Positions 9,495 through 20,205 are shown, counted from the stretch's first letter. The stretch is 64,000 nt of DNA from Candidatus Eiseniibacteriota bacterium (GCA_965224245.1 OZ245046.1:2112001-2176000); one strand, 5' to 3'. Translations and numbers: made by a program. The notes: generated by a model not told the origin, from the letters alone.

Positions 9495-10652
9495 GTGTCT
9501 CCTCGGAATCCGGATGGTGGCGTGCTCCGGTGCGCTCGGCGCCGCCGGTGGGGCCCTCGCGGCGCCCCTCTCCGGGCGACTGCGCCCCTCCTCGCGCTGG
9601 CGGCGACGCTCGCCGGGATCCCGCGCGAGGCGAGCGCCGGCGCGGCCGACGAGGCCGTCATCGCGCCGCTCCGGACCCGCGTCGACAACGAGCTCTATCC
9701 CCTGGCCGGCACGCGCTGGGGCGGGATCGACCTGAACCGGCGCTCCGGCTTCATCGAGTGGCAGCGCCGCAGCGCGCCTCCCGAGCTCTGGCGGGAGATC
9801 GCGCACACGTGCTCGACGCTCGTGGCGATCATGCCCACGGCCGCCGCGCGCCAGGAGCTCGTGGGGCTTCACCTGGCGGCCGCCGCGTACCCGTGGCTCC
9901 TCGATCCCGGGTTCGGCGACGACGCCTGGGCCGACATGATGGCCGCCCAGTCCCGCCTCTTCGAGGCCTGGCTGGACGTGTACCCCGACGTCCTGGATCC
10001 CGAAGGTCCCCAGCGGAGCGGCGCCCCCGGCGGCATCCGGCAGATGACGATGGCGATGTCGGCCCTCCGCTCGACGACCCCCCCGCCTCCCTCGGAGGAC
10101 GACCCCAACCCGCGCGAGCGCGTGTACTGCATCGAGTTCGCCGAGGGGGTGTCGGTCCTGGACCCGACCCTCTTCGCATGGCTCACCGTGCAGGTCATGC
10201 ACACCTTCGTGGACCGCGCCACCGGGTTCGACTGTCCGTGCGTGTACGACAACGCGATGTGCTTCTGGGTGGATCTCTTCGACGCACGTCACGACGAGCA
10301 GCCCTGGTCACCGTACGTGGAGACGGTTCGTGAGCGCGTGGCGCGGTCGTGGAGGCTCGATCGCGCTCGCATCCTGCGCTGCATCCGGCGCGGCTACGAG
10401 CAGATCGGCTCGGAGATGGACCTGGCCGGGATCGATCGCGGCGACGTGCTCGCGCTCGCGCTGGCCGGATCCGCCGAGCGCAACCGGTACCTTCGCTGGT
10501 GCGGCCTGCCCTCGAGATCGGGGACGTTCCCGGCGAATCCGGACGCGTTCTATCTGCCGTCGCCCGATGAGATCCGGGCCATCCTGGCCGGCGCCGATGC
10601 GGAGACGGTGACGTTCCCGACCCTCGACGCGTGGTGTCCGGGCGCCGAGTGA
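9495..10652 (+). CDS. Hypothetical, probably secreted protein
   Basis: C-terminal part of ORF 8601..10652 has protein-like composition; signal-like LLALAATLAGIPREASA; start uncertain. Confidence 0.6.
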   Translation: MSPRNPDGGVLRCARRRRWGPRGAPLRATAPLLALAATLAGIPREASAGAADEAVIAPLRTRVDNELYPLAGTRWGGIDLNRRSGFIEWQRRSAPPELWREIAHTCSTLVAIMPTAAARQELVGLHLAAAAYPWLLDPGFGDDAWADMMAAQSRLFEAWLDVYPDVLDPEGPQRSGAPGGIRQMTMAMSALRSTTPPPPSEDDPNPRERVYCIEFAEGVSVLDPTLFAWLTVQVMHTFVDRATGFDCPCVYDNAMCFWVDLFDARHDEQPWSPYVETVRERVARSWRLDRARILRCIRRGYEQIGSEMDLAGIDRGDVLALALAGSAERNRYLRWCGLPSRSGTFPANPDAFYLPSPDEIRAILAGADAETVTFPTLDAWCPGAE

Positions 10653-10680
10653 GCGCCGGCGACGGGGAGCGTGCCGGCGG

Positions 10681-11538
10681 TCACGTCGAGGCCGGCTTGC
10701 GGGCCACGACGGCGAACTCGGACGCCGCGGGATCGAACTCGCCTCCGGCCACGTCCCCGAGAACCTCCTCGACGACGAGACCGCTCCCCTCGACCTCACG
10801 CGTGAGCGCACCCGGATCGTAGTGCTGGAGCCAGTTGTAGACGACCCGTACCCGCGCCGGCTCCACGATCGTGTACCGGTCGAGCACCACTTTCTCCGCG
10901 TCGTACTTGAAGGTGCGGAGGAAACCGAAGTACGGCTCGGGCGACCAGAACCCCCCGAGGAGATCGCGGCCGACCTCGAGGCGCTCCTCCCGGCGCTCGA
11001 ATGCGCCGAGCGACACGACGTCGAGGAGGAGCGCTCCGCCCGGCTCCAGGATCGCCTGGAACACGTCCAGCAGGCGGCGTCGCTGAACGGGACCGAGCGC
11101 GCAGAAGTCGCACATGATCATCGTGACGAGGTCGAACCGTTCACTCCATCGGTGCTCGAGGTAGTCGGCGTGAACGTGATCGACCGAGACCCCCCGGCGC
11201 CGGGACAGCTCGCGCGCGTATCGGATCGAGCGCTCGGAGAAGTCGATTCCGTGCACGCGAGCGCCGGCGGCCGCGAGCCGCGTGGTATAGAGCCCCGGCC
11301 CGCAGCCGAAGTCGGCCACGCGGGCGCCGCCCCCGAGTGCGAACCGATCGGCGATCCAGGCCGCGGACCGATCGATGAACGCCCCCGATCGCGACGCCAG
11401 GTCGCTCGTTCCGTCCAGGTGACACTCCAGCATCCGGGCCGACGTGTGTGGATCGGTCCAGAGCTCGGCGACCGTGTGAACCTCGAACGGTGCCGGTCGC
11501 GCGTCGATGCTCTCGAGCGCGCCGTAGAGGTCGTTCAT
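10681..11538 (-). CDS. Class I SAM-dependent methyltransferase
   Basis: VADFGCGPGLY, GIDFS..SIRYA, FDLVTMI; ATGA overlap with upstream permease. Confidence 0.9.
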   Translation of the reverse strand: MNDLYGALESIDARPAPFEVHTVAELWTDPHTSARMLECHLDGTSDLASRSGAFIDRSAAWIADRFALGGGARVADFGCGPGLYTTRLAAAGARVHGIDFSERSIRYARELSRRRGVSVDHVHADYLEHRWSERFDLVTMIMCDFCALGPVQRRRLLDVFQAILEPGGALLLDVVSLGAFERREERLEVGRDLLGGFWSPEPYFGFLRTFKYDAEKVVLDRYTIVEPARVRVVYNWLQHYDPGALTREVEGSGLVVEEVLGDVAGGEFDPAASEFAVVARKPAST

Positions 11539-12449
11539 GCGCGGCTCTCCTCGTCGTACGGAACGCCCACGTTCCCCGGCGGTGTCGATCGTCCGATGAA
11601 GCCGCACAGGACGACGAGCGTCAACACGTACGGAATCATCTGCACGACGTGTGAGGGCACGTCCACGCCGAGCGAGGTCTGGAGCCTGATCTGGAGCGCC
11701 TCGGCGAACCCGAACACCAGGCTGGCCAGGACGGCCCCCCCGGGGCGCCACTTGCCCACGATCATCGCCGCCAGCGCGATGTATCCGCGTCCAGCGGTCA
11801 TTCCGGACGTGAACGACGCCTGCTCGCTGGCCAGATACGCCCCCGCGAGCCCGGCCAGGAGGCCCGAGGCGAGAACGCCCGCCGTCCTCACCCGGCGCAC
11901 GCGGATGCCGAGGCTCGCCGCCGCCACGGCGTGCTCGCCCACCGCGCGCAGCCGGAGCCCGAAGCGGGTCCGGTAGAGCACGACGTGCGAGGCCACCGCG
12001 ATCAGGAGCGTGGCCAGGACGAGCGGATGCGAGAGGGTCGGGCCGACCACCGGAATCGCCGACAGCCCCGACACCGCCCCCGGATCGAACCCGACGATGC
12101 GCGGCGAGTTCGAACTCGAGCCGAACACGAGCTTCAAGGTGAAGTCGGTGGCTCCGAGCATCGTCAGGTTGATCGCGATGCCCGAGACGATCTGCTCGCC
12201 GCGAAAGCGGATGGTCACGATCGCGTGCACGCCCGCCACGGCGAGACCGACCAGGAGTGCCGCGAGCACGCCGAGCTCCGGAGCCTGACCGAAGTACGCA
12301 CCGATCGCGAAGCCGAACGCGCCGGCGAGCATGATGCCCTCGAGCGCGATGTTCACCACCCCCCCGCGCTCGGAGAACATCCCCCCCAGCGACGCCAGCA
12401 CGTACGGGATCGAGATGCGGAGTCCCTGGGCCACGAAGGCGATCTCCAT
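11535..12449 (-). CDS. Nucleoside ABC transporter permease 2 (NupC/YufQ type)
   Basis: SERGGVVNIALEG, RFGLRLRAVGEH, GRGYIALAAMIVGKW. Confidence 0.93.
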   Translation of the reverse strand: MEIAFVAQGLRISIPYVLASLGGMFSERGGVVNIALEGIMLAGAFGFAIGAYFGQAPELGVLAALLVGLAVAGVHAIVTIRFRGEQIVSGIAINLTMLGATDFTLKLVFGSSSNSPRIVGFDPGAVSGLSAIPVVGPTLSHPLVLATLLIAVASHVVLYRTRFGLRLRAVGEHAVAAASLGIRVRRVRTAGVLASGLLAGLAGAYLASEQASFTSGMTAGRGYIALAAMIVGKWRPGGAVLASLVFGFAEALQIRLQTSLGVDVPSHVVQMIPYVLTLVVLCGFIGRSTPPGNVGVPYDEESRA

Positions 12450-12450
12450 G

Positions 12451-13515
12451 TCAGGACCTCCCGGCCAGTGCGGCCTTCGCGCGCTCGACCCGGAGCCGCT
12501 CGGCGACCGAGCGGCTCACCAGGATCATCAGGATCACGACACCCTGGAGGATCGAGACGATCTCCTTCGGCACGAGGTCGCTGACGGTCAGCCCGCCGTG
12601 CTGCATCGCCCCGAACAGGAGCGCGGCCAGCACGACGCCGATGGGCCGGCTCTGCCCCAGCATCGCCACCGCGATGCCCATGAAGCCGACGCCGTCGGAG
12701 AAGTTCGCTCCGAAGTAGTGCCGGTAGCCGAGCACCTCGTGCACCCCGACCAGCCCCGCCATCGCACCGCCCAGCACGAAGGCCGTCCGCTGGCGGGCCC
12801 CGACGGCGATGCCCGCCGCGCCGGCCGCGCGCGGGTTCAGCCCCACCGCGCGGAGCTCGAATCCGAGCGGGGTCCTCCACAGGAATACGTGGACGAGCGC
12901 GGCGACGACCAGCGCGACCGCGAGGGCGACGCTCACCGATGCGCCCCGGAAGGCCGGGATGATCGTCGAGAGCCGGGGCAGCCAGATCGACGACGGCACG
13001 TGCTCGGTATGGATGGTCTCGGGCACCGCCATGTGGTACGTCACGACGTATCCGGTCAGCGCGATCGCGACGAAGTTCAGCATGATCGTGCTGATCACCT
13101 CGTGCGCGCCGAAGCGGCTCTTCAAGGCGCCGGCGATCCCGCCCCAGAGCGCGCCCCCGAGCGCCGCGGCGATCATCACGCCCGCGCACAGCATCGGTCC
13201 GGGCACGCCCGGCAACGCCAGCGCCAGCGCCGCGGCGGCGAACGCGCCGACGTAGAGCTGACCCTCGGCGCCGATGTTGAACAGCCCCGCGCGAAACGGA
13301 AGCGCCACCGCGAGCCCCGTGAAGATCAGCGGCGTGGCGTTGAACAGCGACTGCCCCAGGCCGTAGGGGGACAGGAGCGTCTCGGAGACGAGCCGCGCCA
13401 GCACCACCATCGGAGACGCACCGGCCACGGCGACCAGGATCGCGCCGATGCCGAGCGTCAACGCAGCGGCGGCGACGGCGGTGACGAGATCGATCCGTCT
13501 CGCGTCGGTGCTCAT
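12451..13515 (-). CDS. Nucleoside ABC transporter permease 1 (NupB/YufP type)
   Basis: TPLIFTGLAV, GLFNIGAEGQ, HEVISTIMLNF, GFELRAVGLN. Confidence 0.93.
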   Translation of the reverse strand: MSTDARRIDLVTAVAAAALTLGIGAILVAVAGASPMVVLARLVSETLLSPYGLGQSLFNATPLIFTGLAVALPFRAGLFNIGAEGQLYVGAFAAAALALALPGVPGPMLCAGVMIAAALGGALWGGIAGALKSRFGAHEVISTIMLNFVAIALTGYVVTYHMAVPETIHTEHVPSSIWLPRLSTIIPAFRGASVSVALAVALVVAALVHVFLWRTPLGFELRAVGLNPRAAGAAGIAVGARQRTAFVLGGAMAGLVGVHEVLGYRHYFGANFSDGVGFMGIAVAMLGQSRPIGVVLAALLFGAMQHGGLTVSDLVPKEIVSILQGVVILMILVSRSVAERLRVERAKAALAGRS

Positions 13516-15059
13516 CGGACGCTCGCTCGACCGCCGAGCATCCACTCACCCAGCACCTCGGGCGTGGCCTCCTCACCCGGAAGCTCGGCCACGATCGCAC
13601 CGCGCACCATCACCAGGATGCGATGCGACAGCGTCGTCAGCTCGTCCAGCTCGGCGCTCACGAGCAGCACCCCCAGCCCGTCCGAGGCCGCCTCGGCCAG
13701 CATGCGGTGGAGCGACGCCACCGCGCCCACGTCCACGCCGCGCGTGGGCCCGGCCGCCACCAGGAGGACCGGATCTCCGGCCAGCGCGCGGGCCAGGACC
13801 ACCTTCTGCTGATTGCCGCCCGAGAGTTCCTCCACCGGTGCCCCGGCGTCGGGCGGTCGCACGTCGTAGCGCCCGACGAGCGCCTCCGCCTCGCGGGTGA
13901 CGGCCGCGCGATCGCGGAGGAGCGCGTTCGCGAACGGGCGGCGGCGATGTCGGCCCAGGACGAGATTGTCCGCGACCGAGAACGTCGAGACGAGCCCCTC
14001 GTCCAGCCGGTCCTCGGGGACCAGTCCGATGCCGGCGTCGGCGAAGGCACCGCGGTCCCGCCCGCGGAGCTCGGTCGCGCCCAGCGTGATCCGCCCCGAG
14101 TCCGGCGCCCGCAGTCCGGACACGACCTCCACGAGCTCGGTCTGTCCGTTTCCGGCCACACCGGCCACGCCCACCACCTCGCCCGCGCGCACGCCGAGGG
14201 ACACGTCGTCGAGAAGCGTGTGGCCGTGGGAGTCCGTCAGCGAGACCCGATCCAGCGACAGGAGCATCTCGCGCGAGCGCGGCGCCGTCCGCCGCGGCGG
14301 CACCGGCAGCGAGCGTCCGACCATCGCGTGCGCGAGAGACTCGATGGTCACGTCCGACACGGCGGACGTGGAGATGGTGCGACCGCGCCGCATGACGGTG
14401 GCGCGATCGGCCACCCGCACCACCTCGGACAGGCGGTGCGTGATCAGGATGATCGTGCGTCCCGACGCTGACAGCCCGGTCAGCGCACGGAACAGTCCGT
14501 CGGTCTCCTGGGGGGTCAGCACCGCGGTGGGCTCGTCGAGCACCAGCACGCGGGCGCCCCGGTGCAGGAGCTTCAGGATCTCGACCTGCTGCTTTGCACC
14601 CACGCCGAGCGTGTCCACGCGAGCGCACGGATCGACCGGCATGCCGTGCTCGGCGCCCAGCTCCGCCACGCGCGTGTCCGCCCGGCCGCGGAGGTGGAAG
14701 CCGGCGCGTACCGGCTCGTGACCGAGGACGACGTTGTCGGCCACCGTGAGGGGTGCGACCAGCGTGAAGTGCTGGTGGACCATGCCGATGCCGGCCGCGA
14801 TGGCGTCGCGCGGAGACCGGAGCTCGATCTCGCGTCCGTCGACGCGGATCTGGCCCGCGTCGGGACGCGTCTCGCCGTAGAGGATGCGCATCAGCGTGGA
14901 TTTGCCGGCGCCGTTCTCGCCCACGATCGCGTGGATCTCGCCCCGGTTCGCCGAGAACGACACGCCGTCGTTGGCGATCACACGCGCGAACCGCTTGACG
15001 ATGCCGGTCAGCTCGACCGCGGGCGTCGTGCCGTTGTCCGCCCTCGCCCCGGGGGTCAT
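13512..15059 (-). CDS. Nucleoside ABC transporter ATP-binding protein, two ABC domains (NupA/YufO type)
   Basis: GENGAGKST, GMVHQHF, LDEPTAVLTPQE, GVAGNGQ, LSGGNQQK, PTRGVDVGA. Confidence 0.93.
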   Translation of the reverse strand: MTPGARADNGTTPAVELTGIVKRFARVIANDGVSFSANRGEIHAIVGENGAGKSTLMRILYGETRPDAGQIRVDGREIELRSPRDAIAAGIGMVHQHFTLVAPLTVADNVVLGHEPVRAGFHLRGRADTRVAELGAEHGMPVDPCARVDTLGVGAKQQVEILKLLHRGARVLVLDEPTAVLTPQETDGLFRALTGLSASGRTIILITHRLSEVVRVADRATVMRRGRTISTSAVSDVTIESLAHAMVGRSLPVPPRRTAPRSREMLLSLDRVSLTDSHGHTLLDDVSLGVRAGEVVGVAGVAGNGQTELVEVVSGLRAPDSGRITLGATELRGRDRGAFADAGIGLVPEDRLDEGLVSTFSVADNLVLGRHRRRPFANALLRDRAAVTREAEALVGRYDVRPPDAGAPVEELSGGNQQKVVLARALAGDPVLLVAAGPTRGVDVGAVASLHRMLAEAASDGLGVLLVSAELDELTTLSHRILVMVRGAIVAELPGEEATPEVLGEWMLGGRASVR

Positions 15060-16123
15060 CGCGTGCGCGGCACCGTCACGCGCCCGGAGACGATGTCGTC
15101 CCGGTAGGCCTCGACCTGCGCGTGCACGTCGTCGTCGATCAGCTCCCGGTTGTGATCGTCGTAGACGTAGTCGACGCCCCGCTCGGCCAGTCCCAGCTCG
15201 CGCACGCCTCCCGAGAAGCGACCGGCCAGCTCGGCCTTGATCGTCTCGAAGACCGCGACGTCCACGCGCTTGACCATGCTGGACAGGATGCGCCCTGGCG
15301 CCTCCTCGTATTGATCGGAATCGACGCCGATCGCGAAGCGCCGCGTCTGGCGCGCCGCCTCGAACACGCCGAGACCGGTGGCGCCGGCCGCGTGGAAGAT
15401 CACGTCCGCCCCGGACTCGTACTGCGCGAGGGCCAGCTCCTTGCCCTTCGACGGGTTCGCGAACGCCTCGCCGGTGACCCCGGCGTAGCTGACGAAGACG
15501 GTCACGTCCTCGCGCGCGTGCTCGGCGCCGGCCTCGTACCCCGCCTGGAAGCGATGGATCAGCGGGATGTCCATGCCGCCCACGAACCCGATCTTGCCCG
15601 TCTTCGACGTCAGCGCGGCCAGCGCGCCGACCAGGAACGAGCCCTCTTCCTCCCGGAACCGGAGCGCCGTCAGGTTCGGCGGCAGCGTCTCGCCGTCCTT
15701 CAGCGAGTAGTCCACGCAGGCGAAGTGCCGATCGGGGAACTCCTCGGCGATGTGCCGGATGTCGTCGGAGAACAGAAACCCGACCCCGAACACGAGCTTC
15801 AGGTCGGACGCCGCCATCTTCCTGAGCGACGGCTCGCGATCCGCGCCCGATGGTGGCTCCAGGATCTCGAAGTCGATCCCGAGCGAGTCGCGGGCCCGCA
15901 GGAGTCCCCGGTATGCGGCGTCGTTGAACGACTTGTCCCCGAGACCGCCCACGTCGAACACGAGCCCGACCACGGGACGGGACTGGCTGGACGACTGGTC
16001 CGCGCGGCATCCCCAGAGCACGACCGCCCCCAGCGAGAGGCCCACGAGCGCGGCCGACACCCCGCGGGCGAGGCGGCGCCGGGGCGGGTCCGGAACGCGC
16101 GTGCCACAGCGGTCGGCCATCAT
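15056..16123 (-). CDS. BMP-family (PnrA/TmpC) nucleoside-binding lipoprotein
   Basis: Lipobox [43 protein letters not shown]. Confidence 0.93.
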   Translation of the reverse strand: MMADRCGTRVPDPPRRRLARGVSAALVGLSLGAVVLWGCRADQSSSQSRPVVGLVFDVGGLGDKSFNDAAYRGLLRARDSLGIDFEILEPPSGADREPSLRKMAASDLKLVFGVGFLFSDDIRHIAEEFPDRHFACVDYSLKDGETLPPNLTALRFREEEGSFLVGALAALTSKTGKIGFVGGMDIPLIHRFQAGYEAGAEHAREDVTVFVSYAGVTGEAFANPSKGKELALAQYESGADVIFHAAGATGLGVFEAARQTRRFAIGVDSDQYEEAPGRILSSMVKRVDVAVFETIKAELAGRFSGGVRELGLAERGVDYVYDDHNRELIDDDVHAQVEAYRDDIVSGRVTVPRTR

Positions 16124-16692
16124 CCCTCCCTCGGCGGCTGGAAGCAGTGGCGGCATCGCGCCTCGTAGACGTCGGCGGCCCCGACCACGATGCGCTCGCC
16201 CGACGGTGTCTTGCGCTGGCTCCGATTGCCCGGCCCCCCGCACACCACGCAGATGGCCAGCGTCTTGGTGATGTACTCGGCGATGGCCAGGAGCTCGGGG
16301 ATCGGCTCGAACGGGCGACCGCGGTAGTCGGTGTCGAGCCCGGCGACGATCACCCTCCGGCCGCCCGCCGCGAGATCCTGACACACACCGACCACGCGCG
16401 GACCGAAGAACTGCACCTCGTCGATGCCCACGACCTGGGCGTCGCCGGCCAGCTCGGCGATCTCGGCCGACGTGGACACGGCCTGCGACGGCAGGCTGAT
16501 CTGACTGTGCGACACGATGTGATCGGCGCGGTAGCGGTCGTCGAGCTTGGGCTTGAAGATCGCCACCCGCTGCTTGGCGATCTCGGCGCGGCGCAGACGG
16601 CGAATGAGCTCCTCGGACTTTCCGCTGAACATGCTGCCGCAGATGACTTCGACCCAGCCCGGCCGTCCGGCCGGATGCGGCGGTGGATTCAT
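16120..16692 (-). CDS. tdk: Thymidine kinase
   Basis: [32 protein letters not shown], Zn-binding CVVC...CRHC. Confidence 0.97.
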   Translation of the reverse strand: MNPPPHPAGRPGWVEVICGSMFSGKSEELIRRLRRAEIAKQRVAIFKPKLDDRYRADHIVSHSQISLPSQAVSTSAEIAELAGDAQVVGIDEVQFFGPRVVGVCQDLAAGGRRVIVAGLDTDYRGRPFEPIPELLAIAEYITKTLAICVVCGGPGNRSQRKTPSGERIVVGAADVYEARCRHCFQPPREG

Positions 16693-16745
16693 GCGAGGAC
16701 TCCCGACGACCGCCGGCGCCGTGGATCGCGCCGGGTCGTCCGCGT

Positions 16746-17384
16746 TCAGTTCATGCCCGCGAGCTGCGAGCGGATCTTGGTCTTCAACAGATCGACGGCC
16801 ACGTGATTGTAGCCGCCCTCGGGAATGATGACGTCGGCGTAGCGCTTGGTGGGCTCGATGAACTGCTGGTGCATCGGCCGGACGTACGCCTCGTACTGCG
16901 CGATGATCGACTCGACCGAGCGCCCGCGCTCGAACACGTCCCGCTTGAGGCGGCGGATGAACCGCACGTCGGGATCGGTGTCGATGTACACCTTGATCCG
17001 CATCTTCTCGCGCAGTCGCCGGTCGTAGAACACGAGAATACCCTCCAGGATCACGATCCGCGAGCCGCCGGCGCGCGTGGTCTCCCGGGTGCGAACGTGG
17101 TTGACGTAGTCGTACACGGGGACGTCCACGTGCGTGCCGGACAGCAGCGTGTCGACGTGAGCCCGCAGGAGGTCGGTGTCGAACGCGTCTGGATGGTCGA
17201 AGTTGAACGCGGCGCGCTCGGGCTCGGGCATGTGGCCGAGGTCACGGTAGTAGTTGTCCTGCCGGAGGATGACGACCTTGTCGGGCCCCAGGTCGTCGTA
17301 GATGGACCGGGCCACCGACGTCTTGCCGGAGCCGCTGCCACCGGCGATGCCGATCAGGATCCCCTCCTGCTCGCGCAGGATCAT
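16746..17384 (-). CDS. udk: Uridine kinase
   Basis: [54 protein letters not shown]. Confidence 0.96.
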   Translation of the reverse strand: MILREQEGILIGIAGGSGSGKTSVARSIYDDLGPDKVVILRQDNYYRDLGHMPEPERAAFNFDHPDAFDTDLLRAHVDTLLSGTHVDVPVYDYVNHVRTRETTRAGGSRIVILEGILVFYDRRLREKMRIKVYIDTDPDVRFIRRLKRDVFERGRSVESIIAQYEAYVRPMHQQFIEPTKRYADVIIPEGGYNHVAVDLLKTKIRSQLAGMN

Positions 17385-17686
17385 GCCCCACCTCCCCCGG
17401 AGTCCCGGCCGGACGACGGCGAGCGCGATACGTCGTCCACCACCCCGACGATCATCGTGCGTACGGGACCACGGCCGGTCTCCATGACCACCGCGGCGCC
17501 GCCGCCTTCGTCGTTGACGAGGACCCGATCGCCCACACCCGCGTCCACGCTGTCCAGCGCGATCACGTCGTCGGGCTCGAGCTCGCCGCGATCGTTCTCG
17601 TACGCGATCACGAGCAGCTTCCATCCCACGAGCGCGGGATGCTTGACGGTGGACACCACCTCGCCGGTCACCCGCGCGACACGCAC
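17381..17686 (-). CDS. EutN/CcmL family bacterial microcompartment vertex (BMC-P) protein
   Basis: MRVARVTGEVVSTVKHPALVGWKLLVI...IALDSVDAGVGDRVLV..EGGGA...IVGVVD; GTG start with GGAGGA RBS. Confidence 0.92.
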   Translation of the reverse strand: MRVARVTGEVVSTVKHPALVGWKLLVIAYENDRGELEPDDVIALDSVDAGVGDRVLVNDEGGGAAVVMETGRGPVRTMIVGVVDDVSRSPSSGRDSGGGGA

Positions 17687-17687
17687 G

Positions 17688-18341
17688 TCAGTCCTCCGGT
17701 CCCGCGTCCAGCGCACCCAGGCGACGCGCGCGGGCCCGTACGTCTCGGTAGATCCGCTCGAGGCCGTCGTCGAGAAAGTCGGGCGCCTCGGTGTCGACCT
17801 CGAGCACCTCGAAGCGATCGCGCGCCTCGGCCATCCAGGCCGCATACGCGTTCTCCAGCCGCTGCAGGTACTCGCGCGAGATCCCCTGCTCGCACTCGCG
17901 GCCCCGGCTCTGGATCCGCTCCACGTGGGTGTCGATCGACGCCTTGAGGTACAGGATGAGATCTGGCGGGCGAAGCCCGTCGACCATCTCCCAGAACAGC
18001 GATCGGTAGGTGTCGTAGTCGATGCGCGACATGTCCCCTTGCCGGAGCAATGTCGTCGCGAAGACCTCGGCGTCCTCGTAGATCGTGCGATCCTGGATGA
18101 ACGAGCGTTTCTCCATCACGAAGCGCTTCTGGGCCTTGTAACGCTCGGAGAGAAAGTACATCTGCAGGTGGAACGACCACCGCGCCATGTCGGCGTAGAA
18201 GTCCTCGAGATACGGGTTCTCGATGACGGGCTCGTAGTACACCGGCCAGCCCAGTCGCTGGCTGAGCGTGCTCGAGACGTGCGTCTTGCCCACGCCGATG
18301 TTGCCGGCGACCGCCAGGAAGAAGCCGCGCCCGGCGCTCAC
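17688..18341 (-). CDS. Deoxynucleoside kinase (dCK/dGK family)
   Basis: AGNIGVGKT, YEP..ENPYL.DFY, QMYFL..R, QDRTIYED, PDLILYL, RIQSRGR..E. Confidence 0.94.
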   Translation of the reverse strand: MSAGRGFFLAVAGNIGVGKTHVSSTLSQRLGWPVYYEPVIENPYLEDFYADMARWSFHLQMYFLSERYKAQKRFVMEKRSFIQDRTIYEDAEVFATTLLRQGDMSRIDYDTYRSLFWEMVDGLRPPDLILYLKASIDTHVERIQSRGRECEQGISREYLQRLENAYAAWMAEARDRFEVLEVDTEAPDFLDDGLERIYRDVRARARRLGALDAGPED

Positions 18342-18865
18342 ACGCCCGCCTCGGCCGGATCGAGAACGCCGATGTAGGGCAGCTCGCGGTGCCGCTCGGC
18401 GTAGTCCATGCCGTACCCGACCACGAACTTGTCGGGGATCGCGAAGCCCACGTAGTCCACCTTCACGTCCACCTCGCGCCGATCCACCTTGTCCAGGAGC
18501 GCGCAGGTCCTGAAGGACCGGGGGCGCCGGATCTGGAGGCTATCGCGCATGTAGGCCAGCGAGCGACCCGAGTCCACGATGTCCTCGACGAGCAAGAGAT
18601 CGCGGCCGGAGACGTCGGTGTCCAGGTCCTTCAGCAGGCGCACGACGCCGCTGGAGGACGTGCCGTCCCCGTACGAGGACACGGACATGAAGTCGACCTC
18701 GTGCGGGATCGGCAGCCTGCGCATGAGGTCCGACATGAACATGAACGAGCCCTTGAGGACGCCGACCAGGATCAGGTCGGCGTCGGGACCGTAATCGCGC
18801 GTGATCTCCCCGGCGAGCTCGTCGACCCGCCGGTCGATCGCCTCGCGCGTGATGAGTATCTCCAC
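18338..18865 (-). CDS. hpt: Hypoxanthine phosphoribosyltransferase
   Basis: VLKGSFMFMSDL, VSSYG, LLVEDIVDSGRSL, LLDK, FVVGYGMDY; start approximate. Confidence 0.96.
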   Translation of the reverse strand: MEILITREAIDRRVDELAGEITRDYGPDADLILVGVLKGSFMFMSDLMRRLPIPHEVDFMSVSSYGDGTSSSGVVRLLKDLDTDVSGRDLLLVEDIVDSGRSLAYMRDSLQIRRPRSFRTCALLDKVDRREVDVKVDYVGFAIPDKFVVGYGMDYAERHRELPYIGVLDPAEAGV

Positions 18866-18998
18866 GGCTGAGCTCCCCCCTGCGCGCGCTTGCGGAATTG
18901 AGTCGGCGAGGGTAGCGTCCCGCTCGAGAGGGGTCAATCGGTCTCCCCGGCACACGCCGCAACGCGGTACGGCTCCGAACGCTCGCCCCGAGGTCGCC

Positions 18999-20096
18999 AT
19001 GGCAGACGACGCCACCACCCATCCTCCGATCACCCGCGAGCTGATCCTCGCGCTTCCCAAGACCGACCTCCACGTACACCTGGACGGATCCCTCCGGCCG
19101 GAGACCGTGCTGGAGCTGGTCGGGCAGTACGGGATCGAGCACCCGGCGAGGACTCCCGCCGAGATGCAGCGCGCGCTCAGCGTGGACGGGTCCCGATCCC
19201 TCGAGGAGTACCTCGAGGTCTTCGAGTTCACGCTGCGCCTGCTCCAGGAGCGCTCGTCCATCGAGCGAGTGGCCTACGAGCTGGCCGTCGACGCGGCCGC
19301 CGAGAACGTCCGGCACCTGGAGGTGCGATTCGCCCCGATTCTCCATCAGAGTCAGGGCCTCTCGCTGGACGAGATCCTGGACGCGGCCCTCGCCGGGCTC
19401 TCGCGGGCGAACTCCGAGACCGGCATCCGGACCGGCGTCATCGTGTGCGGCATCCGGCACATCCGCCCCGAGCGCTCGCTCGATCTGGCCGACCTGGCCG
19501 TGCGCTACAAGCACCGGGGCGTGGTCGCGTTCGATCTGGCCGGCGCCGAGCGGGACAACCCCGCCAAGCATCACCTGGAGGCGTTCTACCGGGTCCTCAA
19601 TGCGAACCTCAGCTGCACCGTGCACGCCGGTGAGGCGTTCGGCCCGGCCTCCATCCACCAGGCCATTCACTACTGCGGCGCGCACCGGATCGGGCACGGC
19701 ACACGGCTTCGGGAGGACCCCGAGCTCCTGGCCTACGTCAACGATCACCGGATCCCGATCGAGATGTGCCTCACGTCCAACCTGCACACCGGCGCGATCT
19801 CGCGCCTCGAGGACCATCCGTTCCGCGACTACTTCGACCTGGGGCTCCGGGTCACGCTGAACACCGACAACCGGCTCATCTCGAACACGACGGTCACCGA
19901 CGAGCTGGTCCTGGCCTGCGAGATGTTCCGGCTCACGCCCGGCGAGCTACGCTACGTGATCCTGAACGGATTCAAGAGCGCCTTCCTGCCCTTCGCCGAG
20001 AAGGTCGAGATGATGGCCCGCGTCGTGGAGGAGCTGGATTCGGTGCTCCAGGCGCATCATCCCGACAGCTCCCACCACGGCCGGTCGATCCTCTGA
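18999..20096 (+). CDS. add: Adenosine deaminase
   Basis: LPKTDLHVHLDGS, EVRFAP, FDLAGAE, TVHAGE, RIGHG, EMCLTSN, NTDN. Confidence 0.94.
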   Translation: MADDATTHPPITRELILALPKTDLHVHLDGSLRPETVLELVGQYGIEHPARTPAEMQRALSVDGSRSLEEYLEVFEFTLRLLQERSSIERVAYELAVDAAAENVRHLEVRFAPILHQSQGLSLDEILDAALAGLSRANSETGIRTGVIVCGIRHIRPERSLDLADLAVRYKHRGVVAFDLAGAERDNPAKHHLEAFYRVLNANLSCTVHAGEAFGPASIHQAIHYCGAHRIGHGTRLREDPELLAYVNDHRIPIEMCLTSNLHTGAISRLEDHPFRDYFDLGLRVTLNTDNRLISNTTVTDELVLACEMFRLTPGELRYVILNGFKSAFLPFAEKVEMMARVVEELDSVLQAHHPDSSHHGRSIL

Positions 20097-20205
20097 ACAT
20101 CCCCGTCCACGCGGTCCTCACCTCGTGGCGGGAACACGCTATAATGGACGGGTCGCGCATGCGCGGCGCGAACCGTCGACGCACATCCCCGGAGCTCCAT
20201 TCGGC

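Noticed and set aside
19855-19875. NTDN instead of NxDD in adenosine deaminase
   Set aside because: Common variant in bacterial ADAs; the other metal and catalytic residues are intact.
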